A stretch of 64,000 nt of DNA from Octopus sinensis (GCF_006345805.1 NC_043006.1:68138001-68202000); one strand, 5' to 3'; positions 16,962 to 31,907 are shown, counted from the first letter of the stretch. Program-made: numbers and translations. Notes: generated by a model not told the origin, from the letters alone.

Positions 16962-18762
16962 TTGTTTGAGTATATTTTGGTTTAGTGGTACAATGTTTGG
17001 AAACTGTGAATAAGGTGCAAGTTTTGAGTACTTGTCGGTAACTTTTCTCCTCGTCTTCTGATAGTAATTACCTAACTTTCTAGGCTCTTCTCACAACTAT
17101 CTCGCGTTCAAAAATTATACGTATACATTAAAAGAATAATAAATAATATATTGGCAAGACTTCTATTTGTCACCCCCCACCCTTTATTTTTACTAGTTAT
17201 TTCATATTTTTTCTTAACAGAAACCTCCGGTACGGAGATTACGAAACTGAAAAAAATTGGCTGAAATTGGCATTTCAAAATTTCAATTTCACTCCCACCA
17301 ATTTCTTAATTTTTGGCATTTTTTAAATTTTTATTTTTTTGCAAAATATGTGGGAAAATACGGAGATTTCTGAAAATATTTTCCAAAAAATCTTTGTAAA
17401 ATTTCAAGTTAAAAAAAAAAATTTACCCCCCATCCCCTCGCAGTCTACGGCATAGACACGAACTTTTGAAACCCTTTTCGCCATTGCGCATGTGTTGACT
17501 GCGACGCTAAAGTCGAAACTTTGGAAGTGATGTAGTGATGGGGGGGGGGGGGCAACATGTGAAAAGGTTTTTGGAATTTTTTTTTTTTTTTCTAATTTTC
17601 GGTTTTAAAATGCGGACGGTTCGATTTTGTCGTTCGTTTCTCTTAATGATTTCTAAATAACTTTTTTAATACTTCGTTTTTGGATTTGGTTTGCAAGATT
17701 CTTTATATGAGTTCGTGTGTTGAAGCATATTCTGTTGTGTCTGGGGAGAGTCATTCTCTTTTAGTGCCTTATTCTTTTTTAATACTTCGAAATCAAAATT
17801 GGGCGTACATGGTGGAGACGTAACCCACTCTCTTCTTAACCATACGCCTGCACCTACGAATATTTTCCGAGAGTGTATGTCTACATATACATTATGTTAA
17901 TATATAATAATGTAAATGCTACTATTTACATATCCGTGGCTAATGATGGTAAGGTTGATGCAGACATTTACACATAGGTCAGTTTATGATAAACATGGGT
18001 ATCAAGAAACGTGGTTGTCTGAATCATAAATAGTCATAAGTATGCCTTTGTGCAGCTGAACATTAAGCAATGAGTTATTCCTTTCCAGTACGATATAAAG
18101 AGGATTTAGCTGTCGTCTCTAACAGCTCGAGCGACTATGTCGTCGTGTTTATCGTTGGGAATATTTCAATGAGTGTAGAATACCTAAGGGAGGCAACTCC
18201 AGTTCTGTTTCTTTTTTTTTACCTGAGAAACCAAATCTATTTTATTCTTTTACTTGTTTCAGGCATTTGACTGCGGCCATGCTGGAGCACTGTCTTCAGT
18301 CAAACAAATCGACTCCAAGACTTATTCTTTGTAAGCCTAGTATTTATTCTATCGGTCCCTTTGCCGAACCGCTGAGTTACGAGGACGTAAATACACCAAC
18401 ATCAATGGGAGGACAAATACACACATATAATTTATATACGACGGGCTTCTTTCAGTTTCCATCTACCATATCCACTCGCAAGGTGCCATGCAGTGGGACT
18501 GAACCTGGTTGAGAAACAAGCTTCTTACCACACAGCCACGCATATGTCTATTATTAAAAATAAAATTGAGGCTTTAAGAGAACCAATGCCCAAGTATCGA
18601 GGATGTCATAATTTCGTCATATGCACAAGCATGCACAACGAAACGAAGTAAGAAATAGTTTAATATATTTAACAGAAATGTTCTAGTATATTTTTTTAAA
18701 ATTTCATCTTCGGTGCAACACGAAGTCCAGAAGACAAATTTACTGTAAAATCTGTTCCACCA

Positions 18763-18930
18763 ATTATTACCTCCGCTTTAGCAAAGGCGGAGCTATTGTT
18801 TTCGGTCGCGTTTGTTTGTTTGTCTGTGGACAAAATCTCAAGAACCGCTGGATGAATTCGGATGAAACTTTCCAGGATGTTTGGCGTCGTGACTGGCACG
18901 AATTGGTTAGATTTGGGGATCTGTTTTTTT
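18763..18930 (+). mobile_element. Helentron-associated (HINE/DINE-like) fragment
   Basis: tattacctccgctttagcaaaggcggag hairpin followed by gtttgtttgtttgtctgt and gaaccgctggatgaattcggatgaaact, a layout typical of such elements. Confidence 0.5.
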
Positions 18931-19039
18931 TATTACCCATAAAGGGCCAACATAGAAGGACATACAACAATTGTAAAAACAAAAAAAAAAAAAAGAATGA
19001 AACATATACAATAAAAGATGAAAAAATGTAAATGGTGTT

Positions 19040-20160
19040 ATCTGCCCCATCAAGTAACATCACTTGCTTCTTTTCTCCTGCTATCCATTATGTCTATGTT
19101 ATACTTCTTTTTCAGTTCTATGAAATCTATATTCCGTGGAAGCCTTTCCTTGTCCAAGTCAGCCTTCCACAGTTCATAATCCCCGTTGCGCCTCTCTATT
19201 TCCATCTTTTGCTGTTCTGTTAATAATATCACCATCTCGTTATTTTCGTCCTCATCCACTACATGAACAAAAACTGTGTTCTCCCGTTTGATTGGTAGAT
19301 ATTGGGTGAAGTTCCTTGTGTACCGGGCTTTTTTTCCCATTCTTCCTCCTCTTGTCCTTCCTGGGGCCTCTCTTGTGTCTTTTCCCTATTGTCCTCCTTC
19401 CTGTAATTCTGCCACACTTGAAACAGCGAGGAATTCTGCCCTCCACTCTTACATTCATTACGGTATCGTTTACCGTTACTGTTTCCACCATTTCTTCAAT
19501 TGCCCCATTTGATCCTTGAGTTGTCATGTCCTTCTACCCTTACCCGAGACGCTCTCTGTCCCAGGTACGTGGGTAGAAGTACTAATTCGTCGCCCCTTAG
19601 CGGTGTTGCCGCATGTTTTTTTTTTTTTTTCCGCATTTTCCTTTTTATTTCTTCGACTTCTCCAAATTTCGCCCCTCTGGCAAGGTATGTTATTTCTTGC
19701 CAGACCGGCCTCAGCACCTTCTCTACTTTCTCCGTTGCCATGTCGTCAATTTTACCTTTCTTGACCGAGTAAGTCTTGTATATCACTGTTCTACTTTTTA
19801 TTATTTTTGTTGTTTCCTGCGGGGGGGGGGGGTTACTTGTGCTTTGTAACCGTCCCGACTTAATAGTTTTTTTGTATTTTCCTATATTTATCTCCATATT
19901 GTCATTCGACTCGCGGGCGACATCCGCAAACTTCTTTCTTCCTTCCAATTCTTTGTCCATATCATCAATAACCTTTAATAGATCTTCCTCCGATGTTGAC
20001 AACTCTGACCCGCTAAGGTCTGAGTAAAACTAATCTCTTTTGTTAGTCATTGCCAACTCTCAATGAGAGAAAGCACGAACAAATGCTGCAAAGCAGCACG
20101 CAAGAATTAACTTCACCAAAGCAATTCAACAGACAAAATTTACTAAGAGAAAAATAACTA
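19040..20160 (-). mobile_element. Degraded L1/Tx1-like ORF1 (gag-like) region
   Basis: A 168-aa frame (20002-19496) continues after a frameshift into VRVEGRIPRCFKCG, a broken zinc knuckle, with a basic/acidic tail. Confidence 0.5.
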
Positions 20161-22232
20161 CATACACGCACGCACTGGTTAGACTTTGGGATCGATCGGT
20201 ACCGGACAAGGATTCTGGATTATTTTTCCGTTTTTTTTTTGTTTTTTGTTTTTACTTAATTTTTGAGAGCAGTCGGGTTCATTTATAATATTCTTGTTTG
20301 TGAGGGCAGTCGAGTTTATTTCAGATATTCTCATCTTAAAATCCATCTCTGGCTAATCGTTGGGAGGATGTTGGTGTTGCCTTGGCGGAGGTTTGCGCCC
20401 TGAGTGCTCGTTTTAAATCTGTTCATCCACGAATACCATTTTTATTTCAGTCTCTTCTATGTAAAAGATGACGGTAAATATGGAAAAAGTGTGTAGCAGA
20501 TATTTTGATGTGAAATCTGAGCGTATTATCTTCCTTATTTCAGTCATTAGACTACGGCCATGTTGGAGTACCTCTTTAAAGAAATTTTGGCCGAATAAAT
20601 TTACCCCAGTACCCACCTCCCTTTTCTAAGACCTGGTACTTATTGTATTGGTGTCTTTTGCCGAACCGACAATGTTACGTGACTGTAAATACACAGTTGT
20701 CAAGTAGTGATAGGGTACATATGTTTATGACGGGCTTCTTTCAGCTTACCAAATCGACTCACAAGGCCTTGGTCGGCCTGAGGCTATGATAAAAGACACT
20801 TGCTTAAGGTGTCACATAGGACTGAACCCGGAACCACTTAGTTGGTAAGCCAACTTACCAGTCACGCTTGCGCCCGTGTTAGTCTCATTTGATTGAATAA
20901 ATAGGCATGATCAGCAAAATCTTCCTTTTTGTTCAGATCTGTCACATGTTAGGGGGTGTAGAAATGGTTCTGCAGTTAAGGTAGCTCTGTAAATGTGCCT
21001 TCAGGTTCGACTCTACTGTTACATATAGCATTAACTCGACCAATGTATTGGAAGTGGAATTTCGTTGAAGGGAACCGTGTGGAAACGTAGAGAGAACATG
21101 ACTAAATGTATGGTAAAGCTAATCCGCTACCCAGTTTAAAACTGGGTACTTTTAGTAGAGTTCACTTGGTAAATTTAACAGAGGCCAGATCACCAAATTT
21201 CTTCCAGTACCAGAAGAAAAAGACCAAGCTCTCATTTCTTAATGTAAGGGAGACAATTCTCGAAGAGAAATTTTATTTTATTTAATTTTTAAAGTACAGT
21301 GTTTTTTTTACCGTATTTTCCGACACCCAATCTATGGAATGATGCTGTATTTTGAGGCCAGTAGAAAGTATTTCATATTCCCAAAGTCTTTGGATAAATT
21401 CTGGTTACAAAGGCTCGGGTAATTTTGATATTGTGACTGATCTAAGAATGTTAAATATTCCATTTAGATATTACACTTGTAATTTTGAGGTTAATAAGGA
21501 TATAAAATTAAAATTTGAGCAAACGTGCTTTCATGTGGTTGAACCTGCAAAAAAGTGCAGCCAAACACCTACCATCTTAAAAAGACAGGTGGTCAAAAGT
21601 GAACAGGGTATGGTCACTACCTGAAAGCAAGGATTGACCTGGGTGTAGTCCCAACAATATAAGAAAATGTTAAACAGATAAGAGTTTACATCCTCACCAA
21701 AATTTCCTTCATCTAGGGGTCAACATTAGACTGCTCAGTGAACTTGCTAGAAATTGTAGCCAGATCCTCAAATAATTTATCACACATGAATAAACATGTG
21801 CAATATAGTCATCATAGGTATAGATGGGTGTAACAGAAGAACCTAGCGACTCTGGGTGATTGTTACACCCTATAAAAAGATGGTAATAGCATCTGCACAA
21901 TCAAGATTAACCTGGGGTTTAACAGTAATTATCACAAGAAGAATGTGTTCTTGCTGTTGTAAGAAATACCAGAGCCATCAATATTTAACCAAGTCCATAC
22001 ATCTCTGGAGGAACAGCATACTTTGTTGGCCTTGGAAAGATGAGAGGCAAGAGTGACAACAGTGGGATTTGAACAGGATGCAATTAGTAACAACATATTT
22101 GAATGCAAACTACAATACTAGCATCGGCATTAAGCTCAAAACGTGATGATAAAGCTAAGCTTGATTGTAGCAAAAACACAGATCAATAACTAAACAGGAG
22201 GCACGTTGTTCACTTTAAACAGGTTTGCCTAA

Positions 22233-22579
22233 TCTCTCCATATATAAACGGCAAAATGTCTGTCTTTTATACAAATCCACAATTTTTCAGTTAGAGGGCT
22301 TGCACTTTCTAAGGTCATGCAAAACCGTCCAAGGGTAGTCGTACACATATTTTTACATTTCCCCAGTCACCCCGCAAAGCCATTAAAAACAAAAATCAAT
22401 AGAAGTGACTTTTTTGTGAATTTTCTATCCAAAACCCAATCAAAATCCCTGAAACTTGATACACCAATTGAATGCCAGCTAGCTGTATGTGATTGGTCGG
22501 AAATTTGGACAGTACTCTCGTGTATATGCGCATGCATGCACTAGCACTAAGACCTGGTATTGCCAGGTCATAGTGCTAG
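22233..22579 (+). mobile_element. Non-autonomous Helitron-like element
   Basis: A|TCTCTCCATATATAAAC start; 3' palindrome ctagcacta-agacctgg..ccaggtca-tagtgctag ending CTAG|T. Confidence 0.6.
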
Positions 22580-22880
22580 TATAGGTATAAAGTATAAGCC
22601 AGCAGAATCACTAGACAAGATCCCACTGAGATCGACTTTGCTTTGCATCCTTTCAGAATTGATACGTATTAATTGAGAACTTTGGTGAGTATAATAGACT
22701 TAGCCACTTCCAACAGTGTTGGCCTTATGCCAAAATTTGAAACCAATACAGGTATAAAGCTTAAAAGTGATGCTGATGGTGGCAGTTGATTATACTGACT
22801 CACATTAGTATATGACTGGTATATGCTCTGGAAAAAAACCCAAAAAAAACACGAACAAAATTATATAGATAAAATCAAAT

Positions 22881-22886
22881 TTTATT
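22881..22886 (-). terminator. Polyadenylation signal AATAAA, alpha-tubulin gene 1
   Basis: Plus-strand tttatt, about 36 nt past the stop codon. Confidence 0.6.
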
Positions 22887-22921
22887 TCCATGCTTTGTTA
22901 CGTTTCAGTTTGTTGAAGAAA

Positions 22922-24058
<1,137 letters not shown>

Positions 24059-24240
24059 TTAAAAATTTAGTTGAGAAATAATCCTTCACAATATTCTAAA
24101 AAGATGAAAAACATTTTAAACAAAATTTACTGCAGGGCATCATATGATTATACATTAATTATAAATTAGGAACTCAGAATGAAGGAAGTGGCTGAACCAT
24201 TTAATTGTGAGCTTAGTTAATTAACCAAATTATCAGATTA

Positions 24241-24522
<282 letters not shown>

Positions 24523-25315
24523 TTATAAAGACATCTGAGGTGGAACGGCAGCAATGGGATTTTAATATCCTCATTAAATTTTAGTTTCCCCAAACCACTG
24601 ACCCCAGGAAATACCAACACTTTCGCAATATTTCCGAAATTAGCAAAAAGGGTGCAAATTTAGGCTTGTTAGAATGATATTAACGAAAAAAACAAAACAA
24701 AAAAACCCAGTCGCTTGGTGTTAACTGTAGAAAACGAATATTAAAAAAAATTGCGCAAACGAACCTGGGGGTGGGGAGTGGACTTTCGGGAAATTCAAAG
24801 ACCCAATATTTCTTTCATAACTTTCGGGAAAATGAAAAAAAAAAAAAAAAATCCCCCCCTCCCAATTCTTGGCCTTCAAGCAGGCTATCCACATGCTAGA
24901 AATAACAGCCAAATCTCAAATGGGCAAGACCATTTTCAGTTCTAAACACACGATGTTTTGCACTGGTCAAATGATTGTCTTTAATTTCACTTTGTCAAAA
25001 TATTTCTTTGCTATTTTTACTTTTCTTTTTTGCAAAAGAGCTTGCTGTTATTTTCTCTTCCATAATTTTTGAGATAAGAAAAAAAAAAAAAAAAACCTGT
25101 AATTTCTCATGAATTACTTTGTCATATTACTGCGGGAAATTACTCTGAAAGAAATCTCTACAGAAAGGTGATTAGTAGATTGATTACACATTTCTTTCAT
25201 TGTGTTTTTGCAGTTTTGTGAGATGTGGCTGTTATTTCTAGCAAGAGGGTAGCCTGTGTGAAGGCCAAGGCCGTAGAATTAGGAGGGAAGAAGAGTTGGG
25301 AGTGTGTGTGTGTAT

Positions 25316-25570
25316 ATCATCTTCACCTTGACCGACCAGTCCGTCGGGCGTCCATTTGACACCGCTGGTCACTCCTCTCTGGGTCGTGCCTTTCTAATCC
25401 ACGTGATCCCAATCACCCTCCTGAAATCGTAACTCCACCGTCGTGGAGGCCTTCCGGGTGGTCGTTTACGCTCGCGCGGGTCCACCGATTATCGGTGAGT
25501 CGGGCGACGTGTCCAGCCCATCTAAACTTGCTGCGTGTATACTCTGCGATGAGGGATGTCATCACAGAGT
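25316..25570 (-). mobile_element. RTE-clade LINE 3' fragment
   Basis: KFRWAGHVARLTDNRWTRA, an RTE ORF C-terminal motif. Confidence 0.8.
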
Positions 25571-25584
25571 ATGTATATATAATA

Positions 25585-25850
25585 TATATCATCATCATCG
25601 TCCGCTTTCCATGCTAGCATGGGTTGGACGGTTCAGCTGGGGTCTGGGAAGCCAGAAGGCTGCACCAGGCCCAGTCTGAGCTGGCAATGTTTCTACGGCT
25701 GGATGCCCCTCCTAACGTCAACCACTCCATGAGTGTAGTGGGTGCTTTTTACGTGCCACCGGCACAGAGGCCAGTCGGGGCGGCGCTGGCAACGGCCACG
25801 TTCGGATGGTTCTCTTATGTGCCACCGGCACTGGTATCACAATATATGTT
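25585..25850 (-). mobile_element. SINE-like repeat fragment with (GAT)n tail
   Basis: catcatcatcgtccgctttccatgctagcatgggttggacgg...ggatgcccctcctaacg...acgtgccaccggcac; the tail resembles RTE-mobilised SINEs. Confidence 0.5.
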
Positions 25851-25951
25851 AAACTAAAGCGTTCCCGGTCATAAAAAAAAGTGTAATAGGTGTAAAACAA
25901 CTTCCTCTAAACGAATATGAAAAAAAAAATGCGCGCTCGCGAAAGGGGTTG

Positions 25952-26190
25952 GGGCTATTTAAGAAGAGTGGTCCCAGTGCGCGCACTCGCGCATCCGAGC
26001 TAGCTAGCCGTGATTAATCGATCCTACAACGACTACCTAGCAAAGTAAAAATACATAAATAATCTTTTTACCCAAAGTAAATAATTTTTTTAAAAACAAA
26101 GTAAAACACAAAGTAAGGATCGACTAGTCACGACTAGCTAGCGCGGATGCGCGAGTGCGCGCACCAGGACCACTCTACTTAAATAGTACC
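25952..26190. mobile_element. Merlin-like MITE copy (intron 1 of alpha-tubulin gene 1)
   Basis: Same family as 14546; the right TIR ends aaatagtacc and the left end is eroded. Confidence 0.8.
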
Positions 26191-26325
26191 TATATGTTAT
26201 ATATATGTTTGTTTTGGAAAATTGAAATTTCATGATTTTTTCAGAATTGTATTCTATATAGCCAAAAACGTGGAATTTCGTAAAAAAAAAAAAGAAAAAA
26301 ACAATATATATCCACTTTCCGAAAG

Positions 26326-28241
26326 GGTTAATATAGGCTGTAACAAATATCAGAAAATAAAAAAAAAAATGTGTGTAATAGGTGTAAAACAACTTCCTAT
26401 GAACGAATATGAAAAAAAATTCGCGCACGCGAAAGGGGGGGTGGGGGAGAGGCCTCGGAAAATTCACATCGGGAAGTTCCGAAAGCGTCTGAGGGGCTGA
26501 CCCGGCACCAAAACAAAAAAAAAATGTAATATGTGTAAAACAACTTGCTCTAAACGAATATGAAAAAAAAAAATGCGCTCTCGAGAAAGAGGGGTGGGGG
26601 AGAGGCCTCGGAATATTTATATCGGGAATTTCCGAAAGCGTCTGAACCGGGCACAAAAACAAAAACAGCGTAATAGGTGTAAAACAACTTGCTCTAAACG
26701 ACTATCATGAAAAAAATGCGCGCTCGCGAAAGGGGGGGTGGGGGAGAGGCTTCGGAAATTTCACAACTTCAGTCCACGGCCTTTAAACTAAGAAAAAATA
26801 GTGTAATTGGTGTAAAACTACTTGTTCTAAACGAGTATCAAGAACACACACTCACACATGAATCATAAACTCCATATTTCGTAAAAAAAAAAATAAAGAG
26901 AAGAAATTCTGGAAAAAGTGAAGAAATGTTGGATCTCCGCCATGTGAATCAAAATACGTGTCAGAAACATCTTGAAATACTACAGAAATTATGTTACTAA
27001 AATGATAATGTATACATACCTCTTTGAGTGGTCCATCGATAATGATGATAAAGAAATGAGTTGGATTTGAACTCAGAATATTGACTAACACAACTACATA
27101 CTACAAGACTCAAAATATTCAGCCAAGTCACCACCCTTTAACTAGCAATAATAATAACATCAATAACATAACAGCCAAAAGATTTATTTGTTCTGAAAAT
27201 AACAATCATAGTAAATAAATATGTTCTTTAATATTCACATTCATGTGCACAGTTAAACACACTTACATACAAACAGTCACGCATGCATAATACAGAACGG
27301 AACACATAAATGAAGGATGCATTACTTAGTATATATTACATCTAGAGAATTTTGATTAATAAGTCAAATATGCAAATTATAAAGATAATTAATTGCTTTA
27401 CTAAACAGTGTTGTAAAGGTGAAAAAATAAATTTGGGAAAAAAATACACGCCAAAACTAATTAATAAAGGATAATTAGGGAAGGATTGACACAAAATAAT
27501 TTTTTCTGTCTCTTTTTTTCTGATAAATGCATCTTAATAAGTGAGAAGAATTGCATATATCTGAACTATTTCAAAGAAAAGCATAAATTTAATGTTTAAA
27601 ATAGCTTTAACCAAGGAATGAGATCCAACATTTCTTCACTTTTTCCAGAATTTCTTCTCTTTATTTATTTTTTTTTTTTGCGAAATACGGAGTTTATGAT
27701 TCATGTGTGAGTGTGTGTTCTTGATACTCGTTTAGAACAAGTAGTTTTACACCAATTACACTATTTTTTCTTAGTTTAAAGGCCGTGGACTGAAGATGTG
27801 AAATTTCCGAAGCCTCTCCCCCACCCCCCTTTCGCGAGCGCGCATTTTTTTCATGATAGTCGTTTAGAGCAAGTTGTTTTACACCTATTACGCTGTTTTT
27901 GTTTTTGTGCCCGGTTCAGACGCTTTCGGAAATTCCCGATATAAATATTCCGAGGCCTCTCCCCCACCCCTCTTTCGCGAGAGCGCATTTTTTTTTTGTC
28001 ATATTCGTTTAGAGCAAGTTGTTTTACACATATTACACTATTTTTTTTTTGTTTTGGTGCCCGGGTCAGCTCCTCAGACGCTTTCGGAACTTCCCGATGT
28101 GAATTTTCCGAGGCCTCTCCCCCACCCCCCTTTCGCGTGCGCGAATTTTTTTTTTCATATTCGTTCATAGGAAGTTGTTTTACACCTATTACACACATTT
28201 TTTTTTTGATTTTCTCATATTTGTTACGCCCTATATTAACC
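26326..28241. mobile_element. Foldback-type DNA element, 1916 bp, ~610-bp modular TIRs, 8-bp TSD
   Basis: Arms 26326-26937 and 27621-28241 are near-perfect reverse complements built from ~135-150 bp subrepeats. Termini GGTTAATATAGG / CCTATATTAACC; tccgaaag at 26318-26325 and 28242-28249. Confidence 0.92.
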
Positions 28242-28324
28242 TCCGAAAGTTATGAGGGGAAAAATCGGATCGTGTGAATTCTCCGAAAGTCCCCCCCCCC
28301 GTTCATTATTTGCAATTTTCTTTT

Positions 28325-28462
28325 CATAGTCATGACCAGTCGATCCTCACTTTGTTTTTGTGCCTTATTTACTTTGCTGGTAGTCGTAGGATCGACTAGT
28401 CACGACTAGCTAGCGCGGATGCGCCACTACGCGCACTGGGACCACTGTTCTCAAGTAGTACC
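28325..28462. mobile_element. Merlin-like MITE, partial copy
   Basis: The right TIR gggaccactgttctcaagtagtacc is present; the left TIR is missing. Confidence 0.75.
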
Positions 28463-28520
28463 CACTTGTGTTATACATACACAGTAAGCTACACTTCTAT
28501 TACGGTTAAAATGAAATCAG

Positions 28521-28704
28521 GGTACTATTTAAGAAGAGTGGTCCCGCTGCGCGCACTCGCGCATCCGCGTTAGCTAGTCGTGATTAGTCGATCCTTTGTG
28601 TTTTATTTACTTTGCTAGATAGTCGTTGTAGGATCGACTAGTCACGACCAGCTAGCGCGGATGGGCGAGTGCGCGCACCGGGACCACTCTTCTTAAATAG
28701 TACC
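28521..28704. mobile_element. Merlin-like MITE with a perfect 8-bp TSD
   Basis: gaaatcag|GGTACTATTTAAGAAGAGTGGTCC ... GGACCACTCTTCTTAAATAGTACC|gaaatcag. Confidence 0.9.
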
Positions 28705-31060
28705 GAAATCAGATTGTAAAGAGAATAACAAAGGTGTGTTTCATAACGCAAATTTTAGAGATCCGTGTTGTTTATGCAGATAAAAATGAAAGCCCTTTCA
28801 ATCGTTACTCGATGTACTGAAAATATACGACAAAACTCTCAAACCACACCCAAGATTTAGAAAACAAGACCAATTATGGGCCCCCAAACCCGAAAGGAAA
28901 AAAAAATGCATGCCTGAAACATCATTTACAGTCAACCTCAGAGCGAACCTGAAGAGGAGCACAACCTGTTTACAGTACTCTGGATCTGACTACTGAGAGT
29001 TTATATGCCACCTGACAACTCCACCTGTTGATTGGTTTACAGTGGAAAAATAGAAATATCGCAACCTGCAGAGGTTGAAATCATTTATTAGCAAACATGT
29101 AAACTGTGTGGTTAATTCGCTTCGTATCCATGTAATCTCGAGTTCAATTCCCCTGCACGGCAAACAGATGTGCGGAACGACTAAAATACTATAAATTACA
29201 GGTGCAAGGCCAAATGACATGACTGAAACCAGTAATTCCCCGCCAAAAAATTTGTTTATTTAAAAAATTTTTTTGCCAAAAATCCGTTTTCGGATACGGA
29301 GGTTCCGGAAAATTGCCTAAAATCGGCATTGTGAAAATCCCACCCACAACTTCAATTTTGACTTTTTTGTGCAACACTAACCCTAAAACCATAACTGTAA
29401 CTACAGAAATGTTTCGAAACTTTTGTCCGAATCCCGATGTCCGTATTTTTCCGCATATTTAGAAGAGAAAACAAATTCTTAAAATTTTGGTGAAGGAAAG
29501 CGATTTCTTTACATCTGAGCTAAAAACTAAAGTCCCATCCATGTGTAGCAACTACAGTTTCAGTGCTTTAGTCATAACATCACGGAAAAGTAATTTATTG
29601 AAATACTGATTTCTCCAGTTTTAAGAGATGTATAATATTAATAATAATTACGTTATGAAACAGAAGCAATGAGAGTTAAACGAAATGTCATCACTGAGAA
29701 ATTGAACCCGGTCCGTCGTGAGAGGAACATAATTGTGCGGCAGTAAATAAATTAGGACAAGATATACTGAGATAGAAATAGCAGGTGGGAGAAGAAGAAA
29801 GAGAGAAGCGCGAAACAATGAATTCAGTTTAAAGGAAATACAAAAAATAAATAAATAAACCGGGTATGAAAAGGCGGGTGACTGCAACAGTGAGCCGCGA
29901 AAATACTAGGAAGCGATTGTAGTTGACTATAGAATGATACCTGCTGTTTGTTTTGATATCTATTTTTATAAGTAAAATTAACTATGAAAGCAAATACGAT
30001 CTCAGTTAACATTTAAAATCCATTTTATATTAAAATACTTGGAGGAATGCAGAATTAGCAATTAGCTCGTGCACCAAAGGTGTAATTTCTTTGAATGTAT
30101 ATAATGAAAGTTTGGCGGAGGTGAAGAATACGTACACCACCCGTTTTCGCCAAAAATCCTAACCCCTAAACACCGGGTGTACGTCTTCTTTACTTTAGCC
30201 GAAAGTTTACCCCCCCCCCCAACATCCATATTTTAAAGTTTTGACTTTTTCCTGAAAATGTCCAATAATCCCAGATATTTAAAAGAAGCATCTGCCTAAC
30301 CATCAACTAAATTGTTTTTTGTTGGTTTACAATTCTACAAGGCTTAAAACAGACACCTGAAAAAATTAGATTTTGGTGCACTCAATTATTTAATGATTTT
30401 CTATAGGAATGTTAATTTCGTTTAATTTTTTTTTTAATATTTAAATTTTGCGCCAAATCATCTAAGTTTTAAAACTTTACTTTGCGAAACTTGAAAAAAA
30501 AAAGAAGAAAAAAAAAACAAAAAAAAAATCAGTGAGGTGACGGGCAGATCTCAAATGTTTGTAAATTCTAATTGAACTAAGAAAGTATAAACGTAGAAAC
30601 GATTAGCTTAAGATAAAATAGGTCCCGAGGAGATAAAATAAAAAAATTCGTGGGAATTTTCCGAGCCCCCTCCCCATCCACCCGTTTGTCAGCGCGCTTT
30701 TTTTTCGTCATATTCCTTCAATATACGATGCCTTACACCTGTTACACATATTTTTTTCCATTTTTGCCACCTGGGCGTGGATCTATATATTAACCCATCT
30801 TAAAATACAGGCATAGCTAGTGGTTTCAGCCTCATACTAGGAACAAGTTGAGTCAGAAAGTTATCGTGGAAGATTCTCGAAGCAAATCAGGCGCGGAAAT
30901 AAACCTCAGATCTTCATCAGAGCGCATTGAAAATTTAGACAATTTTGCTTTAGATAAAAAAAAAATAAAAAAAAAAAAAAAAAAGGTGGGATGAATTAAA
31001 AGAAAATTGATAAAAGTTTTCGAAATTATTAATTATTGAATTAAAATGTAAATAGCTTAC

Positions 31061-31063
31061 CAT
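31061..31063 (-). CDS. TUBA: Alpha-tubulin gene 1, exon 1 coding part (ATG only)
   Basis: The minus strand reads ...ttttgaacaATG|gtaagc, a strong donor directly after ATG, matching the conserved alpha-tubulin intron after codon 1. It joins exon 2 to give MRECISIH. A TATA box lies upstream. Intron 1 = 31060-24469. Confidence 0.85.
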
Positions 31064-31190
31064 TGTTCAAAAGTTGTTAGTAATTTAGAGAGTTGAAAGA
31101 AAGGGGTTGTTTTGTTCTGAAGATATGAGGGCAAACTTTAGCCGAGAAGACTCACTGGGATGTGATGAATCCTACATGAGATCGCAAAGC

Positions 31191-31230
31191 GACTGAATTA
31201 AGATCACTTAGTGCTGTGTGGTTTTATATA
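31191..31230 (-). promoter_or_regulatory. Core promoter of alpha-tubulin gene 1 (TATA + Inr-like)
   Basis: Minus-strand TATATAAAA at 31230-31222 and TCAGTC (A at 31194) about 34 nt downstream, roughly 130 nt before the ATG. Confidence 0.65.
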
Positions 31231-31860
31231 CAGCAGCACTACTCACTCTCTCTTTATTTATCTATCTATCTTTCTCTATTTCTCTTCCTTCTCCTTCTTC
31301 ATCACTCTATATTCTCCTCTATATCTCTTTTTCCTTTTCTTTCCTTCTGTCTTATATTTAACCTCTTACTATTCCTCAGTTGCGTCCGGCTAGTCGGTCG
31401 GTCATTTACTGACCTTCAGTTCACGCTACCCTCCCATTCTCCCTTTTATTTCTTCTTCACTTCCACTCTATATTCTTCTATCTTCCTCCTCTTACTATTC
31501 CTGTTACATTTCTTTCTCTCTCTCTCTACCTGTCTCGATCTTTCTCTTTCTCCTTATTATAATGTGGGTATTATCAGCTTCAGTTCTATTGTCCTAGCAG
31601 TTTCGTTATTCATTTAAAACACATTATTTACGTTGCTAGTTTCTTAGAGAAAGGATGACTATCACAACACCCTAGAGTTTCCTTCCTTAAAAATTCACAG
31701 ACTCAGACTTCGTGTCAATAGCTCTAAAAAAATTGTTTAAAAAAATGTTTCAGTTATTGGTGTCTTTTCTCTCAACACTAAATGCTTATCTTAAAAAAGT
31801 ATATACTTGGTTTCAAAATGAAATACTATGGCCTCGCCAGCAATATATATATATATAGCA

Positions 31861-31907
31861 AAAACTGTCTGATGAACGGCAACGAGAAACTCAGAGTAAC
31901 AGATTTT
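31861..31907 (+). ncRNA. Minimal type I hammerhead ribozyme-like motif (Penelope-type repeat)
   Basis: ctgt-CTGATGA-acg(gcaa)cga-GAAA-ctc(a)gag-TA-acag. Stem I is ctgt/acag, the cleavage triplet is GUA, and the 10.1-11.1 pair is mismatched. Confidence 0.6.

Noticed and set aside
31150-31155. GTGAGT donor-like site upstream of the tubulin ATG
   Set aside because: A single hexamer with a weak exonic context and no supporting evidence.
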